From Phallusia mammillata (taxonomy: Eukaryota), in assembly GCA_965637545.1 (NCBI GenBank), contig OZ281497.1:29884001-29948000 (forward strand): a stretch of DNA of 64,000 nt. The letters run 5' to 3'. How positions within the stretch are numbered: the stretch's first letter is position 1; every line of letters starts with the position of its first letter. Below are positions 1 through 12,615 of this stretch, one piece after another. The notes below the pieces were generated by a model that worked only from the letters and a program-made list of their open reading frames with translations, was not told where the DNA came from and did no database searches. The position numbers and the translations under genes were made by a program.

Positions 1-1220
1 AAGCGTAGAATATTGTGTGCAAATTTCAGTATCGTATCTTTTTTAGTTTTAGCGTAAAGCGATTGGGCGCGGGATTCTCTCTGGTCGCTTTTGGGGTGTT
101 TAAATTCAAACGGTTAACCTTCCCAGGAAAAGAGATCACGAGTGAAGCATCAACTGTTTTACAAATGAGCGGTTAATACAGAGCATTTGGTCTCTGTTTT
201 GCTTTACGCATGGGCAGAAATTTTGCTAAGCAGTCTTTACCGTGATTAGAAATCAGCTGTTCTAGCGCAGTAATGTTATGTGATTTATCAAGTTAGCATG
301 CGCAATTTTCCTTTCGTAATGACAGAAACGAATTTTGTAAATGCATGGGGCAGCGTTCTCATAGATAAGTTTTAGAAATCTACACTTGTGTTTTAAACAC
401 TACGTTAAAGGTTTGGCTTGCTACAGTACAGCGCGACTCGATGAGGTTGGTTAGCAGGCAGTAAGTAAAATGAGAAAACTGTTTCACGCGTAAACAGCAG
501 AAATTTCGTGAAAAACATAACGCTGTATTAATGCTTTACTCGTTAGTTATGTTTCGATGCAATGGGCAAAGATTATCTCACAGCTGATAGCGTCTTATTT
601 TGTTTCACCAAGTTATTATCGTCTTTGATGCCTGCATTTGTTCATTGACAGCTGCAGAAACCAAGCTTTTTAATTTCGCTCTTTATTACGTTGCGCTCTT
701 AAAATAGTTTCCAGGAAAATATTTTATTTCTCCATCAATTTTGCGACTGTTTAAATATGTTCTGCTGGGCGTGTCCCGTTCGTGGAGCACTAAACTAAAG
801 ACTCCGCTGTCAAAAACAATTTTTGTAAATTTGTTTCCAGTTCTACGAAACTTTTCTTGCTCTTATTTCCGAGTTCATAACAAATCCTGTCTGGTCCTTA
901 AACACCTGCTTTGTATTGTAATTCGCTTTAAACCAATGACACCTGACGAAAGCGGATTCGACGCTCTTTATTACAAAGCAATTAGTTTGACCTAGCTTAA
1001 ACATTCCCTTATTTGAGAGCAACTGACCTAAAACGAAAAAACCCGAGAAGGTTCGATGGCAAAGATAAGCGCAATATGTTGCGTTCCTTTGATAGTTTGA
1101 CTTCAGTACTTACCAAGCACCACAACATCCTAATGTCTAAACCAGTGAGTGCTTGCCAAACTTTTTTTGAAATGGTTCACCCTTTGAACCTTTACTTGGA
1201 ACTTGTACACACCCGTCATA

Positions 1221-1697
1221 AAGATGAACATTAATTCATAACTGGGTTCAGCCCTGGAGCGTCGATGCAGACCAGCGATCACGGCACACTCATGTATGAA
1301 TCACAGTACTACAGGCCCATTAAAGGCGTCATACCGAATCAGTCCGTCACCAAGCATTCACCACCATATGGCAAGGCGTATGCTAGAAAAATCTAGCCTG
1401 CAGTGGGATTCAAACCCACGACAGGAATCTTTCCGGGACTTGCGCTCTACCAAATGAGCTACGCAGGCTCAGTGGAGAATCCGCCGAAAGTCGAATCGCA
1501 AGCACCGTTGCCTGCCTCCTATGCTGCACATGTCAGGTTCGTAGTAGGGGATCGCCAGTATCAGTGAAGATGAACATTAATTCATAACTGGGATAAGCCC
1601 TGAAGCGTCGATGCAGCCTATGCCTTGCCATATGGTGAATGCTTGGTGACCGACTGATTGGGTATGACGCCTTTAATGGGCCTGGCGTACTGTGATT
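1221..1697 (-). repeat. tRNA-headed ~346-bp repeat, copy 1 (about 1.15 units plus an inverted arm)
   Basis: AAGATGAACATTAATTCATAACTGGG recurs at 1221 and 1567; 1619-1697 is the reverse complement of ~1299-1380; homologous to 10861-11279 and 63894-64000. Confidence 0.88.
1395..1468 (-). ncRNA. tRNA-derived Pol III head (degenerate), not a canonical tRNA
   Basis: Acceptor stem GCCTGCG/TGCAGGC, A box TAGCTCATTTGGTAGAGC, B box GGTTTGAATCC; poorly paired anticodon arm. Confidence 0.75.
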
Positions 1698-4600
1698 GAC
1701 CAGTCAAAAATGTATTCATACACCGAGTTAGACTTAACAAGGCTATGGATGAACACTATGTAAATCATTTAACATTTGTTTTGTGGCAAATAATTTAGTG
1801 AAAACTGCAAGTTATAATTCACTTTATACCGCAAAAAGAATCATTTTCAATGAATATCAAGAGAAACATAGAGTTTTGATGACAAAAATAGAACATAGTA
1901 ACTTACAAACTGCATATACTTGAGATAGATGTTGTACCATGTACTGTACACTCGAGTTAGCCTACTCCAGAAGGTAAACATATTGCAATACCTGGTTGTA
2001 GATGAATTGTACTATTGAATCTGGGTCACCCTAATACACTCCATTAAAGTTGTACACCCATTATAAATTATTGTACACCCTTGAAACCCTTTTATTTTAT
2101 TCACATGTTTTAATAATATTAATGACATCGTAATGTTAGATATGCCATTACCCATGCTTGACATGCTTTTTTCAATCTTGAAAAAAATGTAGTAATCAAT
2201 CTTAACTATAATCATGCTGAAATGATAATATGCATCAAAGCGCTTGGTTCAGTTAGGGTATAATCGAAAGTGCTTGGAAGTTTGGTTTTCATTGGCCGTC
2301 TAAGTTATATTTTGTAAACCCTGTGCCGTCAAAGGATCACACGGTCAATGTGTACCAGTGTTATTTCGTGAAAAGGAGTTTTGTGTAGTCGATTTTTGCA
2401 TAAGAGACCGAATAATGAGCATTTGTTACCAAAATCTACTTGCTGGATGGCAGCTGTAGGAAAAACAAGCAAAGTTAAAAATTAGTGAATGTTGAGGCAA
2501 AGTTGGTTTGAATTCAACAACAGCGATTTGTTGATGGTTTAGTCTTCTGGTTTTTAATTCAACGACCACTGCTTTTGTTTTTATTTCGCCACTTGTTTCA
2601 ATCCAACGAAAAAAAATTTCTTCACGCAGCGAATGTATTTTGTCGATGATTTTACGACGCTGTTTTATTGTATTTGCCTCGATCGAGGCGAGGCGAATGT
2701 CAAACTTCATTTTACAGTTCATGGAACTTTGTCTTACTTGTTTTCATCGAACACATACTATGCCCGTATTTGAGGGTTCATTTTCTGAAGTTCTTTTGTC
2801 CAACGCAGACACATCCAACGCAGTTTTCTGTTTAAACTTTTTCAAACTTACGATTGTTAGCTATCTGAAGTTGATCATTCCAAGTATATATTCCGGATTA
2901 CCCGGCGGTGTATCTACAGGTTTCCTAAACACGTTTTTTAAACGGTCATGATTACCAACGTATATGATTCAGAAGCTTCATAGTTTGTTGGTTATTGCAT
3001 TTTAAAATGTATATTAAAGCATTTTGTAACGTTTTGTTGGATTCAACTTTTTTGCAGCTCCGTTTTTCCAAGAATTCTTTTGGGTTTAAGTCCAACCAAC
3101 AATGCCTAATGTGTTAAAATTTTAAACCGTTGTTTGTAGGCGTTTTTATCCTGTAGCTGCCGAAACCAAGCTAGTTTATTTCGCGTTTTATTACGTTGCG
3201 CTCTTAAACTACTTTTCCGTGAAAGATTTATTACTTTATCAATTTTACGACTGTGTAAATATGATCGGTCGTTTGTCCCGTTCGTCGAGCAAGGTAACTA
3301 AACCACCGCCGCTGTCAAAAACAAGTCTTGCAAATGTGTTCGCAATCATTGAACTTTTACTTGCTCTTATTTTCTGATTCTTAACAAGTCCGATCTGGTC
3401 CCTCAATGTTGACACACCAACTTTGCGTTGTATTCCTCTTTAAACCATTGACACCTAGCGTAAGCGCTTTCGACGCACCGTATTACTAAACTACCGAAAA
3501 TTGTAAAGCAATTTAGATTAAGATAGATTAATCGGAGCACAGTTTAAAAAGCGCATTTGTGATAGGGGTGTTTTTAATAACCGATGCGTGTTTTCAATAC
3601 AAAGCCCGAAATCTGACAGGTGTAAAGTTAGGCGTGAATCAAGCCAGCTTTATTGTCATATAACCCCCAACATGACATAAAAACCCGGCCCGACTTAGAA
3701 CTCTTGTTGACCAGCACTGTAACAAATCAAAATTACAGTTTACATGTTGATTGCTTAACCGACCTTAGCCTCAGTTGTAGTTTGCAATAAATCAATTTTG
3801 CAAAAGCAATTCATAAAAATGTAAAATGTAAAGTGTGACGGAAATATTTGTCCAGAGAAGACAGTGACATCCTTCATAAGCGAATTTGGAATCACAAAGT
3901 CTTGTGGCTTTTCGCGCGCTTTTTATATTCTATTTATGGTAACGTGCTTTTAAAACCCGTCAGGACTTATCAGTGACTTTATGACGATGTGATGGGTTTT
4001 GCTGCCTAGTGTTTGCTTCGTTCGGGGATCACATCGCGACCGTGTATGGAGAATAATGCTAACATATATTATAATAACCAAGACTGTTTGCTAATTTTAA
4101 AGCAACTGACCTAGAAAGCGACTTTCCAAACACCTTTGATGGCAAAGGTACTTGCAATTTGTGTCGATTATTGGTAATAAACTGTATTTTTCTGTTTTGT
4201 GTAAGTTTTCCGGTTCTTAGCTATAAAAACACGCTGTGTCGTAATGTAGTCGGTATGAATGACTTAATACATAACACATTCCAACACACGTTTCTAACAA
4301 CTTATATTTATTGTCAGGACATTACTTGGCCAAATGCGACAGCAAGGACTTTAGCTGCACTTACCATGGTCGACAGCAAGACCTGATCTGCCCTTCTACT
4401 TCTGCATGGTCCAGTTTCTCTGTGTTGGTCAAGAATAAGAGTGGTGAGTTATTTAATTTGCTAAAGCAGTAACAGCGTGTTATTTTACGTTCCTTTATTT
4501 GACGTTACCAAACACCGGAATGTCTAAGCTTAAGTCGTGTACGTAGGACAGAAATGCCATTCAAAAACTTGTTAATAAACAGCAGGTTGTATAAACATGT

Positions 4601-7600
4601 AGGAAAACCTTTCTAGTTTTGTCAGATTTTTCAATAAAGCTAATGTCAATGACACTGTAGTGTCTTATTTAACGTAAACAACAACATTAGATATGTCTTT
4701 ACACATGCTTTTTTATTCTCGGAACAAATCGTAATAATCAATCTTAACTATAATCACCAGCATTCATTCCTAGGTGAGGTATATTTTGCGCTTAGTTGAT
4801 TCGGACGTGCTTGGAAGTTTTTTTTGTAAACACTATGCCGCCACAGTATGACCCGGGCGGTGTTTAACAGCTTTTATGTTTGTTTCGCTACTTGTTTCAA
4901 CCCAATTATTGTCATCTATCACGTCACCAATGTGGTCATTAAAAACTGCTTTGGGCTAATCTAATTTTTAAATCGACGAGGCCTAATTTGATCGCAGCAG
5001 ATACCGCTTTGCCTAAATTTAGTCTTGTTGGTTTTCCACTGCAAAGTGGTGTTAACAGTTTTGTCAGGAAGCGACTGTTTTCGGTGGTTTTACGACGCTG
5101 TTTTATTGTGTTTGCCTCGATCGAGGACCGATACCTTATATGGCGATGCTAAAGCCAAACTCCATTTTACAGGTCAATGAACTTTGTCTTACTTGATTTC
5201 ATCGAACCAATTCAATACCTGTATTCATGTGTCCCTTTTCTGAAGTTAAAATTTACGCACATGATTGTTAGCTGTTTAAAGCTGATCCCTCCAATGTTTA
5301 ACCTCGAATGAGCCAACGGTTCATCCACAGGTTTCCCAAACTCTATTTCTTTGAAACATATTGATGTTACCAATGCACATGATCCAGGAGTTTTATAGTT
5401 TGTTGGTTGGTGCAAGTATTTTAAAGGATTTTGTAACTCTATGTTTGATTTGCCCGTTTTTTTAATGCTAATTTTAAACGTTTACTAAACCTCCCCATGC
5501 CACAGAAGTCGCAAGGGAGAGATTTAGTGCTTTATGATTCTGGCTTGCTTCACTCATGGACAGAAATTTTACCAAGAAGTCTTTACCGTGATCAGAAATC
5601 AGCTGTTTTAGCGCAGGAATGTTATATTATTTATCAAGTTAGCATGCGCATGTTTACCTACGCAATGACAGGAAACGAAGTTTTTAAAAGCATGGGGCAC
5701 CGTTGCCATTGATAAGTTTTTAGAAACTAAAACTTTTTTAAACCTTAAGGTAAAGGTTTTGCTTGTGATTGTGTGGCGAGACTCGGTGAGGTTAGTTGAC
5801 AGTCAGTAAGTAAATGTTTGCTGAATAGAAATAAGGCTATATTTATGTAGCGTTAGCTTTACTTGTTAGTTATGTTTCGATGCAATAGGCAAAGATTGTC
5901 TCACAGCATATAGTTGTTTCACCAAGTTATTATCGTAATTGATCACCTGCATTTGTTCATTGGGTTACTGCAGAAACCAGGCTATTAAGTTCCCATTTTC
6001 TTACGATCTAAAAACAGTTTTCAGAAAAAGATTTTACTACATCATTAATTTTACGACTGTGTAAATATGTTCTGCTGTGTGTGACCCGTTTGTGGAGCAC
6101 AAGGTAATTAGGAACGCCGCTGACAAAAAATTCTTGGAAATTTGTTATCATGTTAAACTTTTTCTTGCTCTTATTTTCGGGTTCTTAACAAGACCAATCT
6201 GGTCCCTTAATGTTAAAACACCAACATCGAAATGTATTCCGCTCCTGATGTGAGCGCATTCGACGTATTGTATTACAAAACTATCGAAAAGTGTAAAGCA
6301 ATTTGGATTAAGACAGATTAACCGGAGCAAAGTTTGTATAGCGCATTTGTTATACAGGTGCTTTTATTAAGCTTGATATTTTTCCTAAAGTTGTCGGAGG
6401 GTCCGAAATTAGGCATAAACTCAAATGTACAAGCCTGAAACTTGGACTTAACCCGTTGGTTTCGTTCGTTAACATCGCAATCTCGGCGCTGGCTTAAGAT
6501 CTCGACAATCTCATGATAATTGACTGGTCGGTTGCAGACGCATTTATATGTACAATATAAATTCTGCTTGGCAAAATATTTTATTGTCCCGCGTGTGTAA
6601 TTCATTGGGAGATAATTTTCCGAATGGGTCTAACCACTTACATTGGTTGACAGGACAGACCAACCTGCGCTTACCAAGTGCAGCATCGAGACCTGATCTG
6701 CCCATCTACTTCTCCATTGTCCAGTTTCTCAGTGCTTGTCTAAAAGGTTGGTCTGCTTTTTCGTTGCTAATGCTGTTAAGCGTGTTCCAAGCTCACGTCG
6801 TGTGCGCATAACAGTAATGCAACTTAAATCTATGTCAGAAAGTGCTTGAAAGGCTCATTTTCTCTTTCTAGATTTTTCAAAAACTACGCCGTCAAAGTAT
6901 CATAAGGGTTCCATAAACGTTCTTTTGTAAAAAGAGTTATTTCGGGGTAAGGGTATTTGTATTTTGGTGTTGCATCGGTGCTTTCAGTGAGATCCCTGCT
7001 GAAACTAAAAGTAAACCGTAACCATATACAATGCGAAATTTGTACAAAGTATTAACCGCATATAGACGGTAATAATAAACATGCAAATGTAAAACATGAG
7101 CAATAAATATTTCCTTAACTGATTTTGACAAGTGTACGGCGCATGTTAGTAACTCCTAATTTTTATAGGACCGTATTTTGCTCACAGACCCTTCTGTCCA
7201 GAGACGGAAGCCCTAATAATGCAAACGTGCCAATACCTATTGATTAACTTTAAGATTCTACAACTGTGTTTTACAAGTTGAAGGTTTAACCCACGCCGCA
7301 ACGCGTTAAAGGTGTGTTGACAGGCAGTAAGTAAAATGCGATCGCTGCTTACGCTTACACAGCAGAAGTTGAATAAAATAAAGTTATGTAGCATTAGCTT
7401 CCACAAATACAAATTCCCAATGGACTGCAATTTTAAACATTTGTTTGTTTGTTGTTGCTTCTTTCTTATTTAAAATTTTAGCTCATTTGGGCTTGTGTAG
7501 TGGTTCTCAAAGTTTTTATCATGTTCCTCCGTTACATGCTAAAATATTATCACATCTCCCTGGGTGCAAACCTGTTTGATTGACATGTGATAGCCCGGCC

Positions 7601-9099
7601 CGACACCTCTGCTTTACCATCACTGTAACTTAAACACAGTAAAAATGCAAATTGCTTAACCGATCTTAGCCTCAGTTATAGTTCACAACGAATAGTTTTT
7701 GCGACAGATTGGATGAAAATGTTGTTTGTTCTGGATAAATTATTTGTCTATTGAAGGCAGCAACATTGTTTTTTTTGTTTGTTTTTCTTGTTGATTCAAA
7801 TAAAAATTTAGAATCGTGAAGTCGAGTTTGCACCATCTTGTTATCGCTATTTTTTGCGTTGGTGTTTGCAATTCGTCGCTTTATAAGAAATTCTTCTTGC
7901 TGGATATGTCATTATCCTGGTGAAGGCCCCTTGTATAGGATGTGGAAACGTCGATTATTTATAATAAAACTGCTGGGTGAGCAATTCTCGGTTTTTAATG
8001 GCCATGTTAGAAATTTATTGACTTTTGATAATGTAACGCGTTAATCCGCCTTGATTTTGTTTGTGACTTTACCACAATACGTTGATAGGATTTTGCCTGA
8101 TAGTGTTTGCCTCGTAGTGAACACTGTGACCGTAAATGGCGGTGCCAAGCACCATGCCCTCGTTTATTCTCCTGTTCACCTGTCCGTGACTTGCTTGTTT
8201 GCTTCCACAAAATATAAGTGGCAAATACGTCTGAAAAGTGTGTCGTAATGAAATTTGTATGGCGTGCATCCCAAGCCAAAATATTTACATAACATAAGTT
8301 CCTAGTAACTACTAGAGACGCATCGAATCGGTCTAATTGGGTTCAGAGCGCCACTCGTTGATAACCCTTCATATATCATGATTAAAGTAATTTTTTTAAC
8401 CTCTTTGTAACAGGACACCCAAGTGTTACTATATAGAAGGGCACAATTCCTGACCGACCCCTGGCATTTTTCCTGGTGGAATTTTTTCTTGGCCAGCACT
8501 TATTGGCAACAACGGTGAGTTTTGTATTTATCTTCGTGAGATTAGTTAGAAAGGGAAACCTTGAAATATTTTCAGGCATACGATATCCACTTTTTGGTAA
8601 ATACTAATATTTTTATTTTAAGAATACTTCTAAGGAAGAAAATTGCTGTAGGAATATCTGGCTCTTCAGAGTTTTTGCATTTTCACGACTAAGTTATGCA
8701 GTAAACTTCTGTACTTGTTCTGCAGGCCAAGTCATCTGGAAAACACAATCCTGAAGCACAGATGCCGACCGGACAAATGAGCCGTTGGATTGCGACATGA
8801 AACCCCACAAACTGTCTGACTGCAAACTCTGTGATCTTGGTTGAGTGTTTGGATGCAAGGTACGTTTTAAGTCGTTTAATCTGCAATATTACACAAGCAT
8901 TACACAGTTGCGATGTTTGCAAAATGTGATTACAATGTGTGACTATGGTGGTTTTTGTTGCTGCCTTCAATCTGCGACAAAACGCAAACCACTTTCAGCC
9001 GATTTTAGTTGTTTGTGAACTGTCGCAAAATAATTTTCCGGGGGGTACTAAATTTGTTTAGCGAAAAGAAAACCGGCAGAAAAAAGTAATACATTTATT

Positions 9100-9660
9100 A
9101 CACAACAGCAACTGCGTGTCTAACAAATCTGTCGTTGAAATGGTGTATTGCTAAACAAATACAGTTGGTAATTGAGAACTTGTGTTTTAGCTAACGCTTC
9201 GTCCACCAGAACGGTAGGGCTTCTTCAGGGCAATGAATGATATATTGCGAGCACACAAGCGAAAATGCACAAGCGCAGCGGGATAAATCGAGAAATAATT
9301 ACACAAAGGCTTTCCGTGAAAGATTGCGTGTGCTACATTATGACGGTGCGTAACTAGTGTCCGACATTTGATAAGGAAGTGGAACGCAAAATATAACGAA
9401 AAACCGGGCTTAGGCTTTTGCCGTCATTGCGATTTAGAACACTAGAATTTGAATTTATAAGGCAACTTTCAAAAACTAACCTTTTAGACCAATTGGGTTC
9501 TCGTTTCAAAATTCTGGCATCGTTTTAATTAATGTGGTGGTCGCATTCCAAAACGTGTTCACATAAGGAGGACTTTTTATTTTCCATATTTTTAACAGCC
9601 ACTTGGTGCTCTTGAGGCGTGTATTGAAATTCCGCTCGGCTTGTCCAAGGTGCCTGGTAA
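9100..9660 (-). mobile_element. Penelope-like element 3' fragment (degenerate GIY-YIG endonuclease end and terminal region)
   Basis: Broken frames: LGQAERNFNTRL / EHQVAVKNMENKKSSLCEHVLECDHHIN*NDARILKREPNWSKRLVFESCLIN; terminal CTGAAGA...GAAGCGTT hammerhead-like remnant at 9190-9232. Confidence 0.8.
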
Positions 9661-10860
9661 ACTAACAATTGAGTGTGTGTAAAACACATGTGTTTTCGGA
9701 AACCAATCAAAATTGAGCAAAGCTTTTGTTAAACCTCTATTTTATTTGTGGGAATGTAATAATAATGGCAGGTAATTCAAAGTGACCAAGCCAACGCAAT
9801 TGTTAGCAATCGTCTGTTAAACTTGTTTTATCCGCCCTGAGTACTAGTTTGTTTTAGCGCTATTCCTACTTAGGCTTCCTTATGTTAAATACAACTTTGG
9901 GCGAGACTTATGCCTACCTTTTAAAAAGCTTTAATGATAAGTTCGATAATCTTTGTTAAAACTAAAGTTGTGCGTAGTTTGTTGTTGTTCATTTCACACA
10001 AGAAAACAGTTGTGATGGAGACCATAGTCCAATCTTTAAACGCGGGTAGATGGTGGAACGCGGGTAGATGGTGGAACGCGGGTTAAGTTTGCTGTTGTTC
10101 AGATTCTTCAATTGTGATTAAATGCATCCGCTGCTGGTGTTGTTGGCTGGTGCCATAGCGTTTCTAAAATAATCTTTGGTTACAAGAACTATTTTGTGAA
10201 CAATTGGGTCAACTTAACTAGTTGTGCTAGTTTGTTGACTTCCGTGCCTCAAATATCTGGGAAATTTGTAGTTAACACTGAACGAACGTTCCATACACGT
10301 CCCTCATTTAATAAAGTGCTTAGTCCAACTGGTGAAATTTATGCAAATTAGTCGACCTTTATTCCTTTAACACACAAGAAACTCCAATGAATCAAAGTGT
10401 AACAGATTGGTATTGTCAGAATTTTTAATGTGCTAATGTATGGCCTGAAAGTACAATATAATTTCAGAACATTTAATTTAGAATTCACTACTGTATTTTT
10501 ACTTATTGACAAAGATCTATACGTTTTGAATGTTTCGTGACGTGACGTCACATAATGCACCAGTTGATTTGATCGGGACAACAGTAATAATATACGGTGC
10601 TATTTAATGCTATAGATTTACACTCCACATATTAGTTCAACACAGAAACAATACGTTTACCCTTGGCTAGACTTAGACAACTAGATTTTTTTCGATTTTT
10701 TAAATTAGATTAAAAGAGCACCTCAATTTAAGACTGATATTGTGTCAGCCAAAAGTCCGTCGCTCTGAATTGATAATTCATCGTTAATAAGTAAATTTTG
10801 GAGCTTTTCATAATTGGAAGACAATATCGGGTTTTTGAATTTCTTGGCAAGAAAAACTGT

Positions 10861-11279
10861 ACACAGTACGCCAGGCCTATTAAAGGCATTATACCGAATC
10901 AGCTGGTCTCCCAAGCATTCACATATGGCAAGGCATAGGCTAGAAAAATCTAGCCTGCGGTGGGATTCGAACCCACGACAGGAGTCTTTCCGGTACTCGC
11001 GCTCTACCAACTGAGCTACACAGGCTCAGTGGAGAAGCCGCCGAAAGTCGGATCACAATCACCGTTGCCTGCCTGGTATGCTGCACATGTCCGCTTCGTA
11101 GTAGGGGATCGCCAGTCCGTATCAAGCAGCTAAGATGAATATTTTCATACTGGGATCAGCCCTGAAGCATCGATTCAGACCTGCGATCACGGCATACTTA
11201 TCGATAATACACAGTACGCCAGGCCTATTAAAGGCATTATACCGAATCAGCTGGTCTCCCAAGCATTCACATATGGCAA
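10861..11279 (-). repeat. tRNA-headed 348-bp repeat, copy 2 (about 1.2 units, identical 71-bp terminal redundancy)
   Basis: ACACAGTACGCCAGG...CACATATGGCAA is identical at 10861 and 11209. Confidence 0.9.
10952..11025 (-). ncRNA. tRNA-derived Pol III head with intact A/B boxes followed by T5
   Basis: GCCTGTG TAGCTCAGTTGGTAGAGC ... GTGGGTTCGAATCCCAC CGCAGGCT AGATTTTT; the anticodon arm has only 4 bp and a 9-nt loop without U33. Confidence 0.8.
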
Positions 11280-11777
11280 AACTGATTACATTTTATGCCG
11301 CACATAACAGCTGCGTATGTGTAAAAATAACGTTTCATGGGGACAGATTCAAACGCTGTAACATATTTTGGAAAATATCTTCTTTGTTTATTTGTTGCCT
11401 GATATTATTATGGTAAACAAGTGACAAACACAACGTGGTTATTACTTAAAAGTGTGTATTGTAACTTTGATGTATGTTGCCTCAGTGCACTTGTTAACTT
11501 TTAATGGGTAAAGTTGTTTCAATTTATCAGATTTGGTTTTACCTCTCTCTTTCAATTATACATAAACTTTTAGCGGTAGTTGTACGCAGGTTTGTCAGCC
11601 ATAAAATAAGTAATTTGGAACTGTATCGTATATTGAATTCTGATATTTCCTTTGTTTATAACTCGACGCTGATGGAACACCCTCATGTTTTGTACAGTTT
11701 AACAGAGGAATGGTCGAGTGTTCACAGATTTACTGTCGAAATATTTACATGTTAAATAATATGAATTAATTTTGAAA

Positions 11778-11946
11778 CAGTAAACCTCGGTCAAACCGGA
11801 ATATGTTAATCCGGATCTTCGATCGCATAATTCGGACGAAACTTGAGGTACAAAAGATTTGTAATGTGGTCAGACTTTAACTGATCGACATCGGTTAATC
11901 CGAATTTTGTTAGTCCGAACGAGTCCGGATCAACTGATGTTTACCG
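11778..11946. mobile_element. pogo/Tigger-like MITE
   Basis: Imperfect TIRs CAGTAAACCTCGGTCAAACCGGA / TCCGGATCAACTGATGTTTACCG, with TA on the right. Confidence 0.55.
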
Positions 11947-12469
11947 TAGTATTATCAGCCAATATAGACTTGTTACTTTCGAGACGAGAAACGTCTCTTC
12001 TCTAAAAAATAATTTACTGCTTTCATGGTTACATGTAGATTCTTTGATATTGACTAACCGCCACCTGGCGTCCTCCTACCAAACGATTTCTTTTGCAATA
12101 TTCGCGACAGGCAACTGTGTATGTGATCAATACAAACATTTTTTTGCAGAAAGCGTTCACGGCTTTGACATTGTCGCAAATTTTTCCGGCAATTCTAGCT
12201 CTGGTCTGACACCTGGCGGTAAAAGACACACGTTGAGAGGAAAACTGATTGACTTAGGTCGGAGGCGATTCACGCTGGCTCTGAGGTAGATGTGAAACAT
12301 ACTTAGTTGAGTGAATTGTAAAACCTTAACTATGTCATATATTCGAAAAAATATCATCTTTTCTTAGTGCTGTATGCGTCACCGGCATAACGTAACAAAG
12401 TCCAGTTTTAACAGTTTCTCATTTAATGCTCATTGGTCGCAAAAAACACGTTTCTATTTAATGCACAAA

Positions 12470-12615
12470 AAACACGTTTCTAATCACCTATATTTGTTGA
12501 CAGGACATTATGTGCACGCCCAAGTGCGACAGCAGGACCTGATCTGCCCTTCTACTTCTCCATGCTCCAGTTTCTCTGCGTTGGTCAAGAATAAGAGTGG
12601 TGAGCTTTTGTGTTC
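12470..12615 (+). mobile_element. Gypsy RT N-terminal fragment inside the repeat family (other copies ~4300-4450, 6640-6770, 61310-61465, 62330-62495, 62900-62975)
   Basis: QVRQQDLICPSTSPCSSFSALVKNKSGELLC resembles the Gypsy RT start motif PSxSPWSSPVVLVKKKxG. Confidence 0.65.

Larger units (their letters stand above)
200..7400. repeat. Mosaic of diverged copies of a long repeat family
   Basis: By-eye homologies: 215-480 with 5560-5815; 540-1000 with 5865-6330 and 3130-3560; 2250-2980 with 4740-5450; pieces recur at 12470-13010. Confidence 0.75.

Noticed and set aside
10039-10083. 18-bp tandem duplication AACGCGGGTAGATGGTGG
   Set aside because: About 2.5 units with no spacers; a simple local slippage, not CRISPR-like.
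10952-11025. Functional tRNA-Ser(GGA)
   Set aside because: The anticodon stem has only 4 bp, the loop is 9 nt without U33, there is no long variable arm, and it is embedded in a dispersed repeat.
11025-11208. HDV-like, twister or hammerhead ribozyme within the tRNA-headed repeat
   Set aside because: No CUGANGA/GAAA core on either strand. Trial HDV folds lacked the GG of P1.1 and a proper P1. The GGTCACCAAGC twister-like string has no closing P4 strand.
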